Below are positions 29,141 through 38,284 of a DNA stretch of 64,000 bases, one piece after another. Source of the DNA: Lentimicrobiaceae bacterium. GTDB taxonomy: Bacteria > Bacteroidota > Bacteroidia > Bacteroidales > UBA4417. The stretch is taken from the NCBI GenBank assembly GCA_041660125.1, contig JBAZWY010000003.1, positions 164,030 through 228,029 on the forward strand, given 5' to 3'. The notes beneath the pieces were generated by a model. That model was not told where the DNA came from. It was given only the letters and a program-made list of their open reading frames with translations, and did no database searches. Position numbers and translations under genes: made by a program. The first letter of the stretch is position 1. Every line of letters starts with the position of its first letter.

Positions 29141-29207
29141 TGTGTGAATGATGTAACACATAAATAGAATTATGTAACACATGCCGGAACATCACAAGGT
29201 ATCTTTG
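29141..29207 (+). promoter_or_regulatory. Island promoter module P2
   Basis: Sequence is TGTGTGAATGATGTAAC-N12-TTATGTAACAC-N19-TATCTTTG. It begins immediately after the stop codon of the previous gene. Confidence 0.8.
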
Positions 29208-29246
29208 CATCTAACAATTTCACTAACTTATTTAAACCTAAAGAAA

Positions 29247-29582
29247 ATGAAAAAAACTATCTTTTTTGCGCTGCTTATGATCATGTCAATGAGCGCATCA
29301 ACCGTATTTGCAGGCAATTTAAATCCTAAAAATGCGATAGAAAACCCGGCAATCCCGGCAAAAACTGATACTAAATTAACAGAAGCACAGGCTGCAAAAT
29401 TGAAAGATCGTGTTGAAGAAATACGCAACATGGACAAATCGAATATGTCAGCTTCCGAAAAACTTGCACTTCGTAAAGAAGTAAAAGAAATTAAACAAAC
29501 TGTGAAAAAAGACGGTGGTTATGTTTATATCGGCACCGGTACCCTGATTCTCATTGTTGTTCTGCTCATCATCCTGCTTTAA
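29247..29582 (+). CDS. Secreted, C-terminally anchored coiled-coil protein (paralogue of 62326..62652)
   Basis: I moved the start from the track's 29181, which lies inside P2, to the ATG at 29247. The product begins MKKTIFFALLMIMSMSASTVFA (signal peptide). The C-terminus is GGYVYIGTGTLILIVVLLIILL. Confidence 0.7.
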   Translation: MKKTIFFALLMIMSMSASTVFAGNLNPKNAIENPAIPAKTDTKLTEAQAAKLKDRVEEIRNMDKSNMSASEKLALRKEVKEIKQTVKKDGGYVYIGTGTLILIVVLLIILL

Positions 29583-29708
29583 TCATTTGCTCCATGATTG
29601 ACCAGGATTAATAGAAAGCAAAGCAAAAATGATATGCTTTAGGATTATAGCACAAGCCTTATCTGTTTTCAGACAATATTTGAGTCCAATACACTAAAGC
29701 TTATAATA

Positions 29709-29745
29709 AAAAAAGAGTTCTGTTTAACGCAGAACTCTTTTCTTG
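29709..29745 (+). terminator. Rho-independent terminator
   Basis: Stem AGAGTTCT (29714-29721) pairs with AGAACTCT (29731-29738). TTTTCTT follows. Confidence 0.7.
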
Positions 29746-29913
29746 AATCTGAGAATTCAGTAAACAGAGCCATTTCTGATGAGATTGCAAGAAAGTGCAG
29801 TCATGATATACATGATATAACTCAGGTTAGTTCAATAATTTCCAGGATTTTAGTCCATATTCCTGTAGGTGACAGGGGAAATAAATGCAGTAATCCCTTA
29901 ATTCATAATCATT

Positions 29914-32904
29914 TTGAAAAATTTGCCAGATAACTGCATTACATGGAAAGTGATTCTTTTGGGTGCGATAGTTCTATTGCAATTTCAGTATGCTACAGCG
30001 CAAAAATATTTTCAGCAGGAAGTAAATTATTCAATTGCTGTTACACTTAATGATAAGCTTCATGAATTAAATGCATCCGAAACCATCGGATACACCAATA
30101 ATTCGCCCGACACCCTGAAATTCTTATTCTTTCACCTTTGGCCTAATGCCTATTCCAGTAACAATACCGAATTGGCCAGGCAGTTATTCAGCCTGAAAGG
30201 AAAGGAAAAGCTGTTTGATAACCCTGAATTGAGAGGATTTATTGATTCACTGGATTTTAAGATCAATGGCCGGTTGGTTCAATGGAGCCTGCTCCCCGGC
30301 TTCCCCGACATTTGCAAAATCATACTAAACAAGCCACTCATTCCGGGTGAATCGATCATCATTACTACTCCATTTCATGTAAAACTGCCAAAAGGCGTAA
30401 GCTCTCGGTTAGGACATATTGGCGAATCGTACCAAATCTCGCAGTGGTATCCTAAACCTGCAGTTTACGACGGTTCGGGCTGGCACCAGATGCCTTATCT
30501 CGACCAGGGTGAGTTCTATTCAGAATTTGGAAGCTATGATGTAAACATTACACTGCCTGATAATTATACTGTCGGTGCTACCGGCGACCTTCAAAATAAA
30601 CGGGAATCGGAAAGGCTCGACAGCCTTGCTGCCGATACTTCCTGGAAAAAAGATTTTTACTTTGGAACACCAAAATTCCCTCCTTCATCCGGAAAATTAA
30701 AAACACTGAAATATACCGGGAACCAGATACATGATTTTGCCTGGTTTGCCGATAAACGTTTTCATGTCCGGAAAGGGAACATAATACTTCCTGAATCGGG
30801 AAGAACGGTAACTACATGGATTATGTTTACCGATAAGCAGGCGCCGCTCTGGCTCGATGCCTTACCTTATGTGAACCGGGCTATACTGGATTTTTCAGGG
30901 TGGATTGGCGATTATCCTTACCATAGTTTTACTGCTGTTCAAAGTTCTTTAAGTGCAGGAGCTGGTATGGAATACCCCGGACTTACTGTTATCGGTCTGG
31001 CCGACGATGCATACGATCTCGACCAGGTAATTACCCATGAAATCGGGCATAACTGGTTTTACAGTTCCCTGGGTTACAACGAACGCCGCTACCCTTACCT
31101 CGACGAAGGCCTTACCACTGCTTATGAAAAGCGTTACATGAACGATAAATACCCTGACAAAAAACTATGGGAAGTGTATTTTAAAAACGGGAAGCTAGCG
31201 AAATTTTTCCATATCAAGGATATGCCGGTTGAGCGGATGCAGGAAATCGGTTGGCTGATCCAGGCCCGCGCGAACATTGAACAACCGATAAACCTTACTT
31301 CGGCGGAATACAGCGATGCAAATTACAATATGATGATTTATTACAAGGCAGCCCTTGGATATAATTACCTGAGGGCGTACCTGGGAGATTCCATTTTTGA
31401 TTCAGTTATGCATGATTATTATCGTGAATGGAAGTTCAGGCACCCACAGCCGGACGATCTTCGAACTTCATTCGAATCCCTGACAGGGAAAAACCTGAGC
31501 TGGTTTTTTGATGATTTCCTGGGGACAACCAAACGCATAGATTATAAAGTAATCCGTTTCGAAAACGACAAACTACTTGTAAAAAATAATGGTGAGATTG
31601 CCTCGCCTGTGTTGATTGCCGGGATGACCGGCGACTCAGTTCAATTTGAAAAATGGGTTGATGGTTTCGAAGGTGAGAAATGGATTGATCTTCCGCAAGG
31701 AAATTATCCGGAAATAAAAATTGATCCGGGTCACCTGATGCCCGAATTATACAGGCTCAATAACAACACCAGCACATCAGGAATTTTCCGCAAGGCTGAT
31801 CCTATCCGGACACAGTTTTACTTCACCCTGGAGGACCCTGACAAACGATCCTTAATGTACATTCCTTTAGTAAACTGGACAAGAGAAAACAGTTATATGC
31901 TGGGAGTAGCGGTGCATAACGGGTTTCTTATACCCAAACCCATTGAGTACTTTTTTATGCCGTTCTATACTTTCAAGAAACCTGGAGTAGCTGGTTTTGG
32001 GCGGATTTCGTACAACATTTTACCTGACAATACTTTTATCAGGTTAGCAAAATTTACCCTGGAAGGAACGCAATTCGGTGCACCTGGCGACCAAAACTAT
32101 CACACAGTAAAAGCCGGGATCGACCTGTACTTCATGCCAAAAAAACTTAATAACCCATTATCGCACAGTGTATTTGGATACTATATTGCTGCAACAGATC
32201 TCTACCAGATAGAACTAACAGAAAAGGCAAAAATGAGTTCGTACCTGCAAATTGGCTATCGTTTGGAAAAATCACGACTGGTAAACCCATACAGTTTGCA
32301 AGTCACATTAGAAGCGCATAATTCGTATCAGAAAGCATCGCTGGTGTTCAACTACAGGAGCAGTTACATTGGCAAAGACAAAGGGTTGGATATTAAATTG
32401 TTTGCAGGAACCATGCTGCAAAACACTTCGGGAGTGCCGTTTTATTCGCTTGCACCCGGAGGCAGAAGCGGGCGTGAGCAATATCTTTACGAAGGCACTT
32501 TCCCGGACCGTTTTACCACATTTCCTGAAACATTTCTTTCGAGGCAGGTCTTGTTTTCGGAAGGCAACCTTGTATCGCCGGTTAACGAAAGCCTTGGGTA
32601 TAGTAAGCGTCTTATTTCTGTTTCCTTTACCAGCAGCCTGCCCGGAAAAGCCAGCCTGATTCCAATTAAACCATTTGCGAATATTTTGCTCAATGATCAT
32701 GGTTTCGACACAAGTCATGATTCCCCGGTCTTTTTTGAAGCAGGCCTGAAAGCAGGTATTTGGGATGTATTCGAGGTATATGTGCCTCTGCTCGTTTCGG
32801 CAAATATTGAATCCGTTGCCAGTACAGTTAAGGAAAGGATACGGATCACATTAAACCTGGATCTTTCAAAGCAGGTAAAATTGCACACTGGAACGGTAAA
32901 ATAA
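29914..32904 (+). CDS. M1-family zinc metallopeptidase, large secreted form
   Basis: 996 aa. It carries GAGMEYPG (GxMEN-like) and HEIGHNWFY...E (HEXXH-E). The start is uncertain: TTG at 29914, or the in-frame TTG/GVG... correction: or the in-frame TTG/GTG just downstream. Confidence 0.82.
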   Translation: MKNLPDNCITWKVILLGAIVLLQFQYATAQKYFQQEVNYSIAVTLNDKLHELNASETIGYTNNSPDTLKFLFFHLWPNAYSSNNTELARQLFSLKGKEKLFDNPELRGFIDSLDFKINGRLVQWSLLPGFPDICKIILNKPLIPGESIIITTPFHVKLPKGVSSRLGHIGESYQISQWYPKPAVYDGSGWHQMPYLDQGEFYSEFGSYDVNITLPDNYTVGATGDLQNKRESERLDSLAADTSWKKDFYFGTPKFPPSSGKLKTLKYTGNQIHDFAWFADKRFHVRKGNIILPESGRTVTTWIMFTDKQAPLWLDALPYVNRAILDFSGWIGDYPYHSFTAVQSSLSAGAGMEYPGLTVIGLADDAYDLDQVITHEIGHNWFYSSLGYNERRYPYLDEGLTTAYEKRYMNDKYPDKKLWEVYFKNGKLAKFFHIKDMPVERMQEIGWLIQARANIEQPINLTSAEYSDANYNMMIYYKAALGYNYLRAYLGDSIFDSVMHDYYREWKFRHPQPDDLRTSFESLTGKNLSWFFDDFLGTTKRIDYKVIRFENDKLLVKNNGEIASPVLIAGMTGDSVQFEKWVDGFEGEKWIDLPQGNYPEIKIDPGHLMPELYRLNNNTSTSGIFRKADPIRTQFYFTLEDPDKRSLMYIPLVNWTRENSYMLGVAVHNGFLIPKPIEYFFMPFYTFKKPGVAGFGRISYNILPDNTFIRLAKFTLEGTQFGAPGDQNYHTVKAGIDLYFMPKKLNNPLSHSVFGYYIAATDLYQIELTEKAKMSSYLQIGYRLEKSRLVNPYSLQVTLEAHNSYQKASLVFNYRSSYIGKDKGLDIKLFAGTMLQNTSGVPFYSLAPGGRSGREQYLYEGTFPDRFTTFPETFLSRQVLFSEGNLVSPVNESLGYSKRLISVSFTSSLPGKASLIPIKPFANILLNDHGFDTSHDSPVFFEAGLKAGIWDVFEVYVPLLVSANIESVASTVKERIRITLNLDLSKQVKLHTGTVK

Positions 32905-32980
32905 CATTACTGATTCCTTTAAAATATCTATTGCTGTAGTTGCTATGATTACTTACTATTATTTTATGATTCACAAATAT

Positions 32981-33016
32981 AAAAAAAAGCTGTTGGCTTT
33001 GAAGCAAACAGCTTTC
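32981..33016 (-). terminator. Terminator for pckA, located between convergent genes
   Basis: Stem AGCTGTT (32988-32994) pairs with AACAGCT (33007-33013). A T8 run follows on the minus strand. Confidence 0.7.
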
Positions 33017-33022
33017 CATCTT

Positions 33023-34687
33023 CTAATCTTCGCCAACATCGCGCAGTCTGTGTGGACCCGCTTGATGTACTTCATCCGGAGTAAACTCGGCAAAAAGCTT
33101 GAAGTTTTCGATGTATCTTGAAGCCAGAGCATCGTATTTTTTCCAATATTCTTTTTTATCGCCCCAGGCATTGGATGGCTCAAAAACGTCATCGGGCACT
33201 TCCGGGCAATGCAAAGGAATGTGGAAACCGAAAAGTTTATCTTTTCTGAATTCAACATTATCAAGTTTTCCTTCGAGTGCTGCATTGAGCATATTCCGGG
33301 TATGACGGATTGAAATCCGTTTTCCGATTCCGAATTTACCCCCAACCCAGCCCGTGTTAACGAGCCATATTTTTGCGCCTGATCTTTCTGCTTTTTGACG
33401 AAGCAAATTGGCGTAAAAATAAGGATGATGCACCATAAAAGGAGCACCGAAACATGCGGAGAAGGTAATTTCGGGTTCTATTCCCAGGCCTAATTCAGTA
33501 CCGGCAATTTTGGAGGTATATCCACTAATAAAATGGTAAATGGCCTGGTTCATATCCAATAGAGCAATTGGAGGTAAAACCCCTTGAGCATCAGCAGTTA
33601 GAAATACAATATTTTTTGGTTGAGAATAGACCATTTTCTCAGGAACTGCATTGGGGATATAATCCAAAGGATAAGAGAGACGGGTATTCTCTGTAATGAT
33701 TACATTATCAAGATCTATTTCGCGTGAAGCAGGATCGAAGATAACATTTTCGAGAATGGTTCCGAATTTATAAGTACAGGCATGAATTTCAGGTTCGGCT
33801 TCACTATTCAGACGGACTGCTTTTGCGTAGCAACCGGCTTCAAAATTAAAAACAGCATCATCGCTCCATCCATGCTCATCATCACCTATCAGATTGCGCC
33901 TTGGATCAGCAGAAAGTGTTGTTTTTCCGGTGCCACTTAATCCGAAAAATAAGGCGACATCTTTTTTCTCTTTTCCAACATTTGCTGAGCAATGCATGGC
34001 CATTACATCTTGCAATGGCATCAGATAATTCATGATGGTGAATACCGTTTTCTTTATTTCGCCGGCATATTCGCTATTGGCAATGATGGCAAGCCTTTGC
34101 TCGAAATTGATAACAATCGCTGTTTCGCTCAAAGTTCCATCAATTCTCGGATCCAATTTGAATTTAGGAGCTACCATAACCGTGAAATCGGGGATGAATT
34201 GCTTGAGCTTGGCCAAATCATTTTCCACCAGCAGCATATTTCGGACGAAATGAGAACACCAGGCTTTATCGGAGATAATTCTGAACGGCAAGCGATATTC
34301 GGGATGTGCCCCCGCATATACATCCTGAACAAAAAGCTCCTCACCTTGCCAATAAGCCTGCAATCTGGCAAAAAGGCCATTGAATTTCTCAGGAGTCATG
34401 GGACGATTATAGGAGCCCCAATCTATTTGCTCTTCTGTACTTTCTTCTTTTACAAAGTATTTATCATTCGCAGCTCTTGCTGTCCATTTTCCGGTATATA
34501 CATGGAAAGCTCCTCCTTTTACCAGATGGCCTTCGCCGCGAAAAACGGCTTCTTCCACCAAGGCTTCAGTTGGCAGATTCCAAAAAACTCTATCAAGATG
34601 CACCAAACCATGATTTTCCAATCCGTAATCAGATTTAAATTCTGCGGCTTGTTTTCGGGCCGGCGTATCAAATTCCAGGTATTTCAT
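33023..34687 (-). CDS. pckA: Phosphoenolpyruvate carboxykinase (ATP)
   Basis: 554 aa. Kinase-1a loop FFGLSGTGKTTLS. The blocks IGDDEHGW and NTGWVGG are typical of ATP-dependent PEPCK. Confidence 0.95.
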   Translation of the reverse strand: MKYLEFDTPARKQAAEFKSDYGLENHGLVHLDRVFWNLPTEALVEEAVFRGEGHLVKGGAFHVYTGKWTARAANDKYFVKEESTEEQIDWGSYNRPMTPEKFNGLFARLQAYWQGEELFVQDVYAGAHPEYRLPFRIISDKAWCSHFVRNMLLVENDLAKLKQFIPDFTVMVAPKFKLDPRIDGTLSETAIVINFEQRLAIIANSEYAGEIKKTVFTIMNYLMPLQDVMAMHCSANVGKEKKDVALFFGLSGTGKTTLSADPRRNLIGDDEHGWSDDAVFNFEAGCYAKAVRLNSEAEPEIHACTYKFGTILENVIFDPASREIDLDNVIITENTRLSYPLDYIPNAVPEKMVYSQPKNIVFLTADAQGVLPPIALLDMNQAIYHFISGYTSKIAGTELGLGIEPEITFSACFGAPFMVHHPYFYANLLRQKAERSGAKIWLVNTGWVGGKFGIGKRISIRHTRNMLNAALEGKLDNVEFRKDKLFGFHIPLHCPEVPDDVFEPSNAWGDKKEYWKKYDALASRYIENFKLFAEFTPDEVHQAGPHRLRDVGED

Positions 34688-34725
34688 TTCTAATGGGTTT
34701 TCTTATTGATTGTAAATAATTCTAA

Positions 34726-35943
34726 CTATCTCCAGTCCCTGACTAATTTTCTTTCCCCAATGTACAATTCGTTGGAAGAGTCAGGGTCAAGGGCCCATTT
34801 AATGCGATCGATTCCTTCGTTAATCTCTTTAATTGAACCGCAGAATGATATTCTAAGAAAACCGTCCATTCCGAATTCTTTCCCCGGCATAGTAAGAACT
34901 TTTACTTTATCGAGCAAGAACTTGGATAATTTGGTGGAATCCTTTTCATAAGCACTGAAATCTGCAAATGCATAAAAAGTTCCGTCGGGTGGAAGCAGAT
35001 GAACTCCATTGAAGGCTTTTAATCTTTCAACCAAAACTTTTCGGTTATTTTCAAGCGTGGTTCTTAAGGCATTGGTGCTTGATTGCACTCCGTTAATAGC
35101 CCCAATTGCTGCTTTTTGCAATAAAATGGATGGTCCGGATGTTTGATGCCCTTGAATATTCGACATCACTGCAATCAATGATTTGTTTGCTATTCCCCAT
35201 CCGATTCTGAAGCCAGTCATGGCATATGCTTTTGAAACTCCGTTAATGATGATGAGTTTAGAACTTTCGGAGAAATTACTGATATAATCAAAAGGATTCG
35301 CCACTTTTACCCCACCATAAACAAGTTTTTGATAGATATCATCCATGATAAGGTAGATGCTTTTTTTCTCGCAGAATTGCACTATTTCTGCAATAAAAGC
35401 TTCGGGGTAAACGGCACCCGAAGGATTATTCGGACTATTGATAATAATGGCTTTTGTATAGGAAGTAACATTTTGCTCAATGTCGTGCATTGTTGGAGTA
35501 AAAGTTCCGTCTTCGGGAACAACGGGTATTGGAATAGCTCCGCAAAGCTTGATCATTTCGGGATAAGACACCCAGTAAGGTGCAGGATAAATGACTTCAT
35601 CCTGAGGGTCAAGTATAGCCTGAAGTGCAACCATCAAAGCTTGCTTTGCCCCACTGGAAACGATTATATTTTTAGGTTCCACAAGGCGGTGATAGTTTTC
35701 TAATGTATATCTGATTACCGCTTTTTTCATATCAATGCTGCCATCCGCAGGTGCATACCTGACTTCTCCGCTATTAATGTGTGAATTCAGCGCCGTGATT
35801 GCATCCAATGGGGCTTTGCTTTTTGGTTCCCCACCACCAAGATGTATTACCGGTTCCCCTTTTGCCTTTAAGATTGCAAAGGTTTCATTCAGTTTCAGAG
35901 TAGCTGATTCATTGATCGACCTTCCTATAATGCTAATACTCAT
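34726..35943 (-). CDS. Class I/II pyridoxal-phosphate-dependent aminotransferase (aspartate aminotransferase-like)
   Basis: 405 aa. The PLP-lysine block is NGVSKAYAMTGFRIGW. NSPNNPSG is also present. Confidence 0.88.
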   Translation of the reverse strand: MSISIIGRSINESATLKLNETFAILKAKGEPVIHLGGGEPKSKAPLDAITALNSHINSGEVRYAPADGSIDMKKAVIRYTLENYHRLVEPKNIIVSSGAKQALMVALQAILDPQDEVIYPAPYWVSYPEMIKLCGAIPIPVVPEDGTFTPTMHDIEQNVTSYTKAIIINSPNNPSGAVYPEAFIAEIVQFCEKKSIYLIMDDIYQKLVYGGVKVANPFDYISNFSESSKLIIINGVSKAYAMTGFRIGWGIANKSLIAVMSNIQGHQTSGPSILLQKAAIGAINGVQSSTNALRTTLENNRKVLVERLKAFNGVHLLPPDGTFYAFADFSAYEKDSTKLSKFLLDKVKVLTMPGKEFGMDGFLRISFCGSIKEINEGIDRIKWALDPDSSNELYIGERKLVRDWR

Positions 35944-36098
35944 AATGTAATGGTTTTATAAATGCGTGAAAACGAATTTGTCAATTATGGTTAATTATTA
36001 AGGGGCATAAAATTAGGATAATTAAAGGAAACCATTCATCAAGAACGTTAATTTATTTGTGATATAAATAACAAATCTAACCTGTATTATTCGTGCAG

Positions 36099-36240
36099 GA
36101 GATAAAAGATAAAAGTAAAAAGATAAAAATCAGGCAGTTGCAAACCATTTTCATGATTTATTTTGTAAAGATGATTTTTATGATTGCCTTCATAATGTTT
36201 TGATCCTTTTGTCTTTATCCTTTTATCTTTTGTCTTTTTT
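36099..36240. repeat. Imperfect hairpin with tandem-repeat arms (GATAAAA-type units)
   Basis: The left arm gagataaaagataaaagtaaaaagataaaaat is complementary to the right arm tccttttgtctttatccttttatcttttgtctttttt. Confidence 0.75.
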
Positions 36241-36382
36241 GAAGTTTATGAAATAATCAAGCTAAAGAAGTTCAGGTTAATGAGTTAAGCGAAAATAGAA
36301 ATGTGGTTTTTCTTTGTTTATTTAAAGGCCAGGTCAGTCTTTTCTACCTGGATACTTTGAATAGCATCCGCTTTGGCAAGAC

Positions 36383-36603
36383 CCCTGTACCGCAATGTCA
36401 CATAGTTAAGCATTAGCTGATTTAAGAACAAGGATTATTCGCTCATTACCTATTTTTAAAAGGTGCTCATGAGTCGCTTTGCTTGTTAACGATTTAAGAT
36501 TTTAGATGTACATGATGATTTAACGAAACTTCGAAAATCAAAAATCGATGTTCCTAGTTCAATATTCAAATGAAACATCCTTAAATGACATTGCCCTGTA
36601 CCG
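36383..36603. mobile_element. Candidate non-autonomous element (MITE-like): 201-bp core with 8-bp terminal inverted repeats, flanked by a perfect 10-bp direct repeat
   Basis: Left end: CCCTGTACCG (36383-36392) followed by CAATGTCA (36393-36400). Right end: TGACATTG (36586-36593) followed by CCCTGTACCG (36594-36603). The interior has no ORF. Confidence 0.35.
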
Positions 36604-36863
36604 GTTTACATCGTCTTCTAACCCTTCAATCTGAATTTCGATAGTTTGCAGTTGAAGTTTCAATAAGGAGTTGTCCAATTGAATTAAAGCCTTTCCTTTT
36701 TATGAGTATCGGATATCATTAATAAGATTGATTATTGGAGAACAAATATTACCCCTCCGCCTATCGGATCCTCCCCTATGCTTTGGCTTCGCTTAGCATC
36801 CAGGGGAGGCAGATTTTAACCAACAGAATTGCAATCTGTTAAGTTAATACAACCCAACTCCCT

Positions 36864-36891
36864 CCCTGTCAGGCTGAGCGGAGTCAAAGCC
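36864..36891. repeat. REP-like element CCCTGTCAGGCTGAGCGGAGTCAAAGCC (copy 3)
   Basis: It differs by one mismatch from 24922-24949. It is embedded in a hairpin (cccaactccctcc ... ggaagagttggg). Confidence 0.8.
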
Positions 36892-37057
36892 AGGAAGAGT
36901 TGGGATGGTACATTATGGAGAAGAACAAATTGTTAATCTTTCCCGATATTCATTAAATAAAATTGCTGACTTAACGCAATCTTTTAGCAAACTTCACACT
37001 CAGTCTCTGTACCATAAATCCAGGAAAAGCCCAAAAAAAGGAACTACTTAAACAGGA

Positions 37058-38002
37058 TCATACTATTTTCAATTCATCAATTTCAATTTTATGTTTTATG
37101 ATTTTTACAGCATATCCGTTGGGAATTATTTTCCCCCCATGGTTTTCGGCAAACGCCCTGGTAAATTCGGCGCCAAAATAAAGTATGATAGCCGAGTAAT
37201 ATACCCACACAAGAATTAAAATAACGGATCCGGCGGCGCCATACCAGGACCCTATTGCTGAACGTCCAAGATACGCCCCGATTGCAAATTTGCCGATCAT
37301 AAAGAGAACAGTGGTAAAAGAAGCGCCGATAAGGCAATCGCGCAGAGCCAGTTGCCCGTCGGGTAGTGTTTTAAAAATTACAGTAAACAAGACTGTAATT
37401 ATACCGAAAACGACCAGCAGGTTGAAGGCATAAAATAAATATACTGTATCCTTCGGAAAATAAACTGCCAATCGCGTGTTCAGCAAATCCATTAATGAAT
37501 TAATAATTAATCCGACCAGCAACAAAAAGCCAACTGAACCAATCATGGAGAAAGACATCAGGCGGTTTTTGATAAATTTAACCAGGCCACGTTTCGGTTT
37601 TGCTTTAAGTCCCCAGATAAAATTGATTGAATCCTGAATTTCGACAAATACGCCTGATGCGCCTATCAGTAAAATGATTACGCCAAATGTGGTTGCAAAT
37701 GTCGAGCTGTGTGAAAGTTTTACGTTTTTTATTATTTCCTGTATCTGTAATGCTGCGGCGTTACCTACCAGCCCGTTTATCTGCCCGAAGAGTTCGCCCC
37801 TGACAGCTTCCGCTCCATAAAAGAAACCCGACAGACTTATAATGATAATGAGGAGTGGCGGTAATGAAAAAATGGTGTAATACGATAAGGATGCTGCTAA
37901 CTTCATACCATCGTCTTCGAGAAATCCATTATAAGTATCCTTCAGGAGCATTCCTGCCTTTTTAATTTTAACTATTATTCGCAATTTATCAAGATGCTTC
38001 AT
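37058..38002 (-). CDS. YihY/BrkB (virulence factor BrkB) family membrane protein
   Basis: 314 aa. AASLSYYTIFSLPPLL opens the family-typical six-TM pattern. The end reads YYSAIILYFGAEFT. Confidence 0.82.
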   Translation of the reverse strand: MKHLDKLRIIVKIKKAGMLLKDTYNGFLEDDGMKLAASLSYYTIFSLPPLLIIIISLSGFFYGAEAVRGELFGQINGLVGNAAALQIQEIIKNVKLSHSSTFATTFGVIILLIGASGVFVEIQDSINFIWGLKAKPKRGLVKFIKNRLMSFSMIGSVGFLLLVGLIINSLMDLLNTRLAVYFPKDTVYLFYAFNLLVVFGIITVLFTVIFKTLPDGQLALRDCLIGASFTTVLFMIGKFAIGAYLGRSAIGSWYGAAGSVILILVWVYYSAIILYFGAEFTRAFAENHGGKIIPNGYAVKIIKHKIEIDELKIV

Positions 38003-38051
38003 TTTGCTTGATGTGTTAAAATTTTTGAAATTTACTGCATTCTGTATAAGC

Positions 38052-38146
38052 GTTTCAGGGTTTCAGGGTTTCAGAGTTTCAGAGTTTCAGAGTTTCAGGG
38101 TTTCAGGGTTTCAGAGTTTCAGGGTTTCGCGTTTCAGAGTTTCAGT
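38052..38146. repeat. Octamer tandem repeat GTTTCAG(G/A), about 12 copies, with a partial complementary arm at 38190-38248
   Basis: The repeat can be read directly. The right-hand sequence aaactctgaaacc / ccctgtaatcctgaacc is imperfectly complementary to it. Confidence 0.9.
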
Positions 38147-38284
38147 TAACAAGATTTAGATACATATAAATTACCTGGTATTCAGAACTTGTAACCCTGT
38201 AATCCTGAACCGAGTGCAGAGAGCTCAGCGCAGCTAAACTCTGAAACCAATATTCAATTACAACAGCCCATTTCCCAAGCCAGT

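Noticed and set aside
33992-34693. The track lists large antisense or alternative-frame ORFs. Examples: 33992..34693 (+, 233 aa), 32971..33447 (-), 1705..2334 (-), 13660..14187 (-), 19713..20153 (-), 20607..21116 (-), 32308..32718 (-), 45406..45850 (+) and 61059..61445 (+).
   Set aside because: Each lies entirely within, and opposite to or out of frame with, a CDS that has clear family motifs. Their translations are low-complexity or lack any recognisable motif. They are shadow ORFs.
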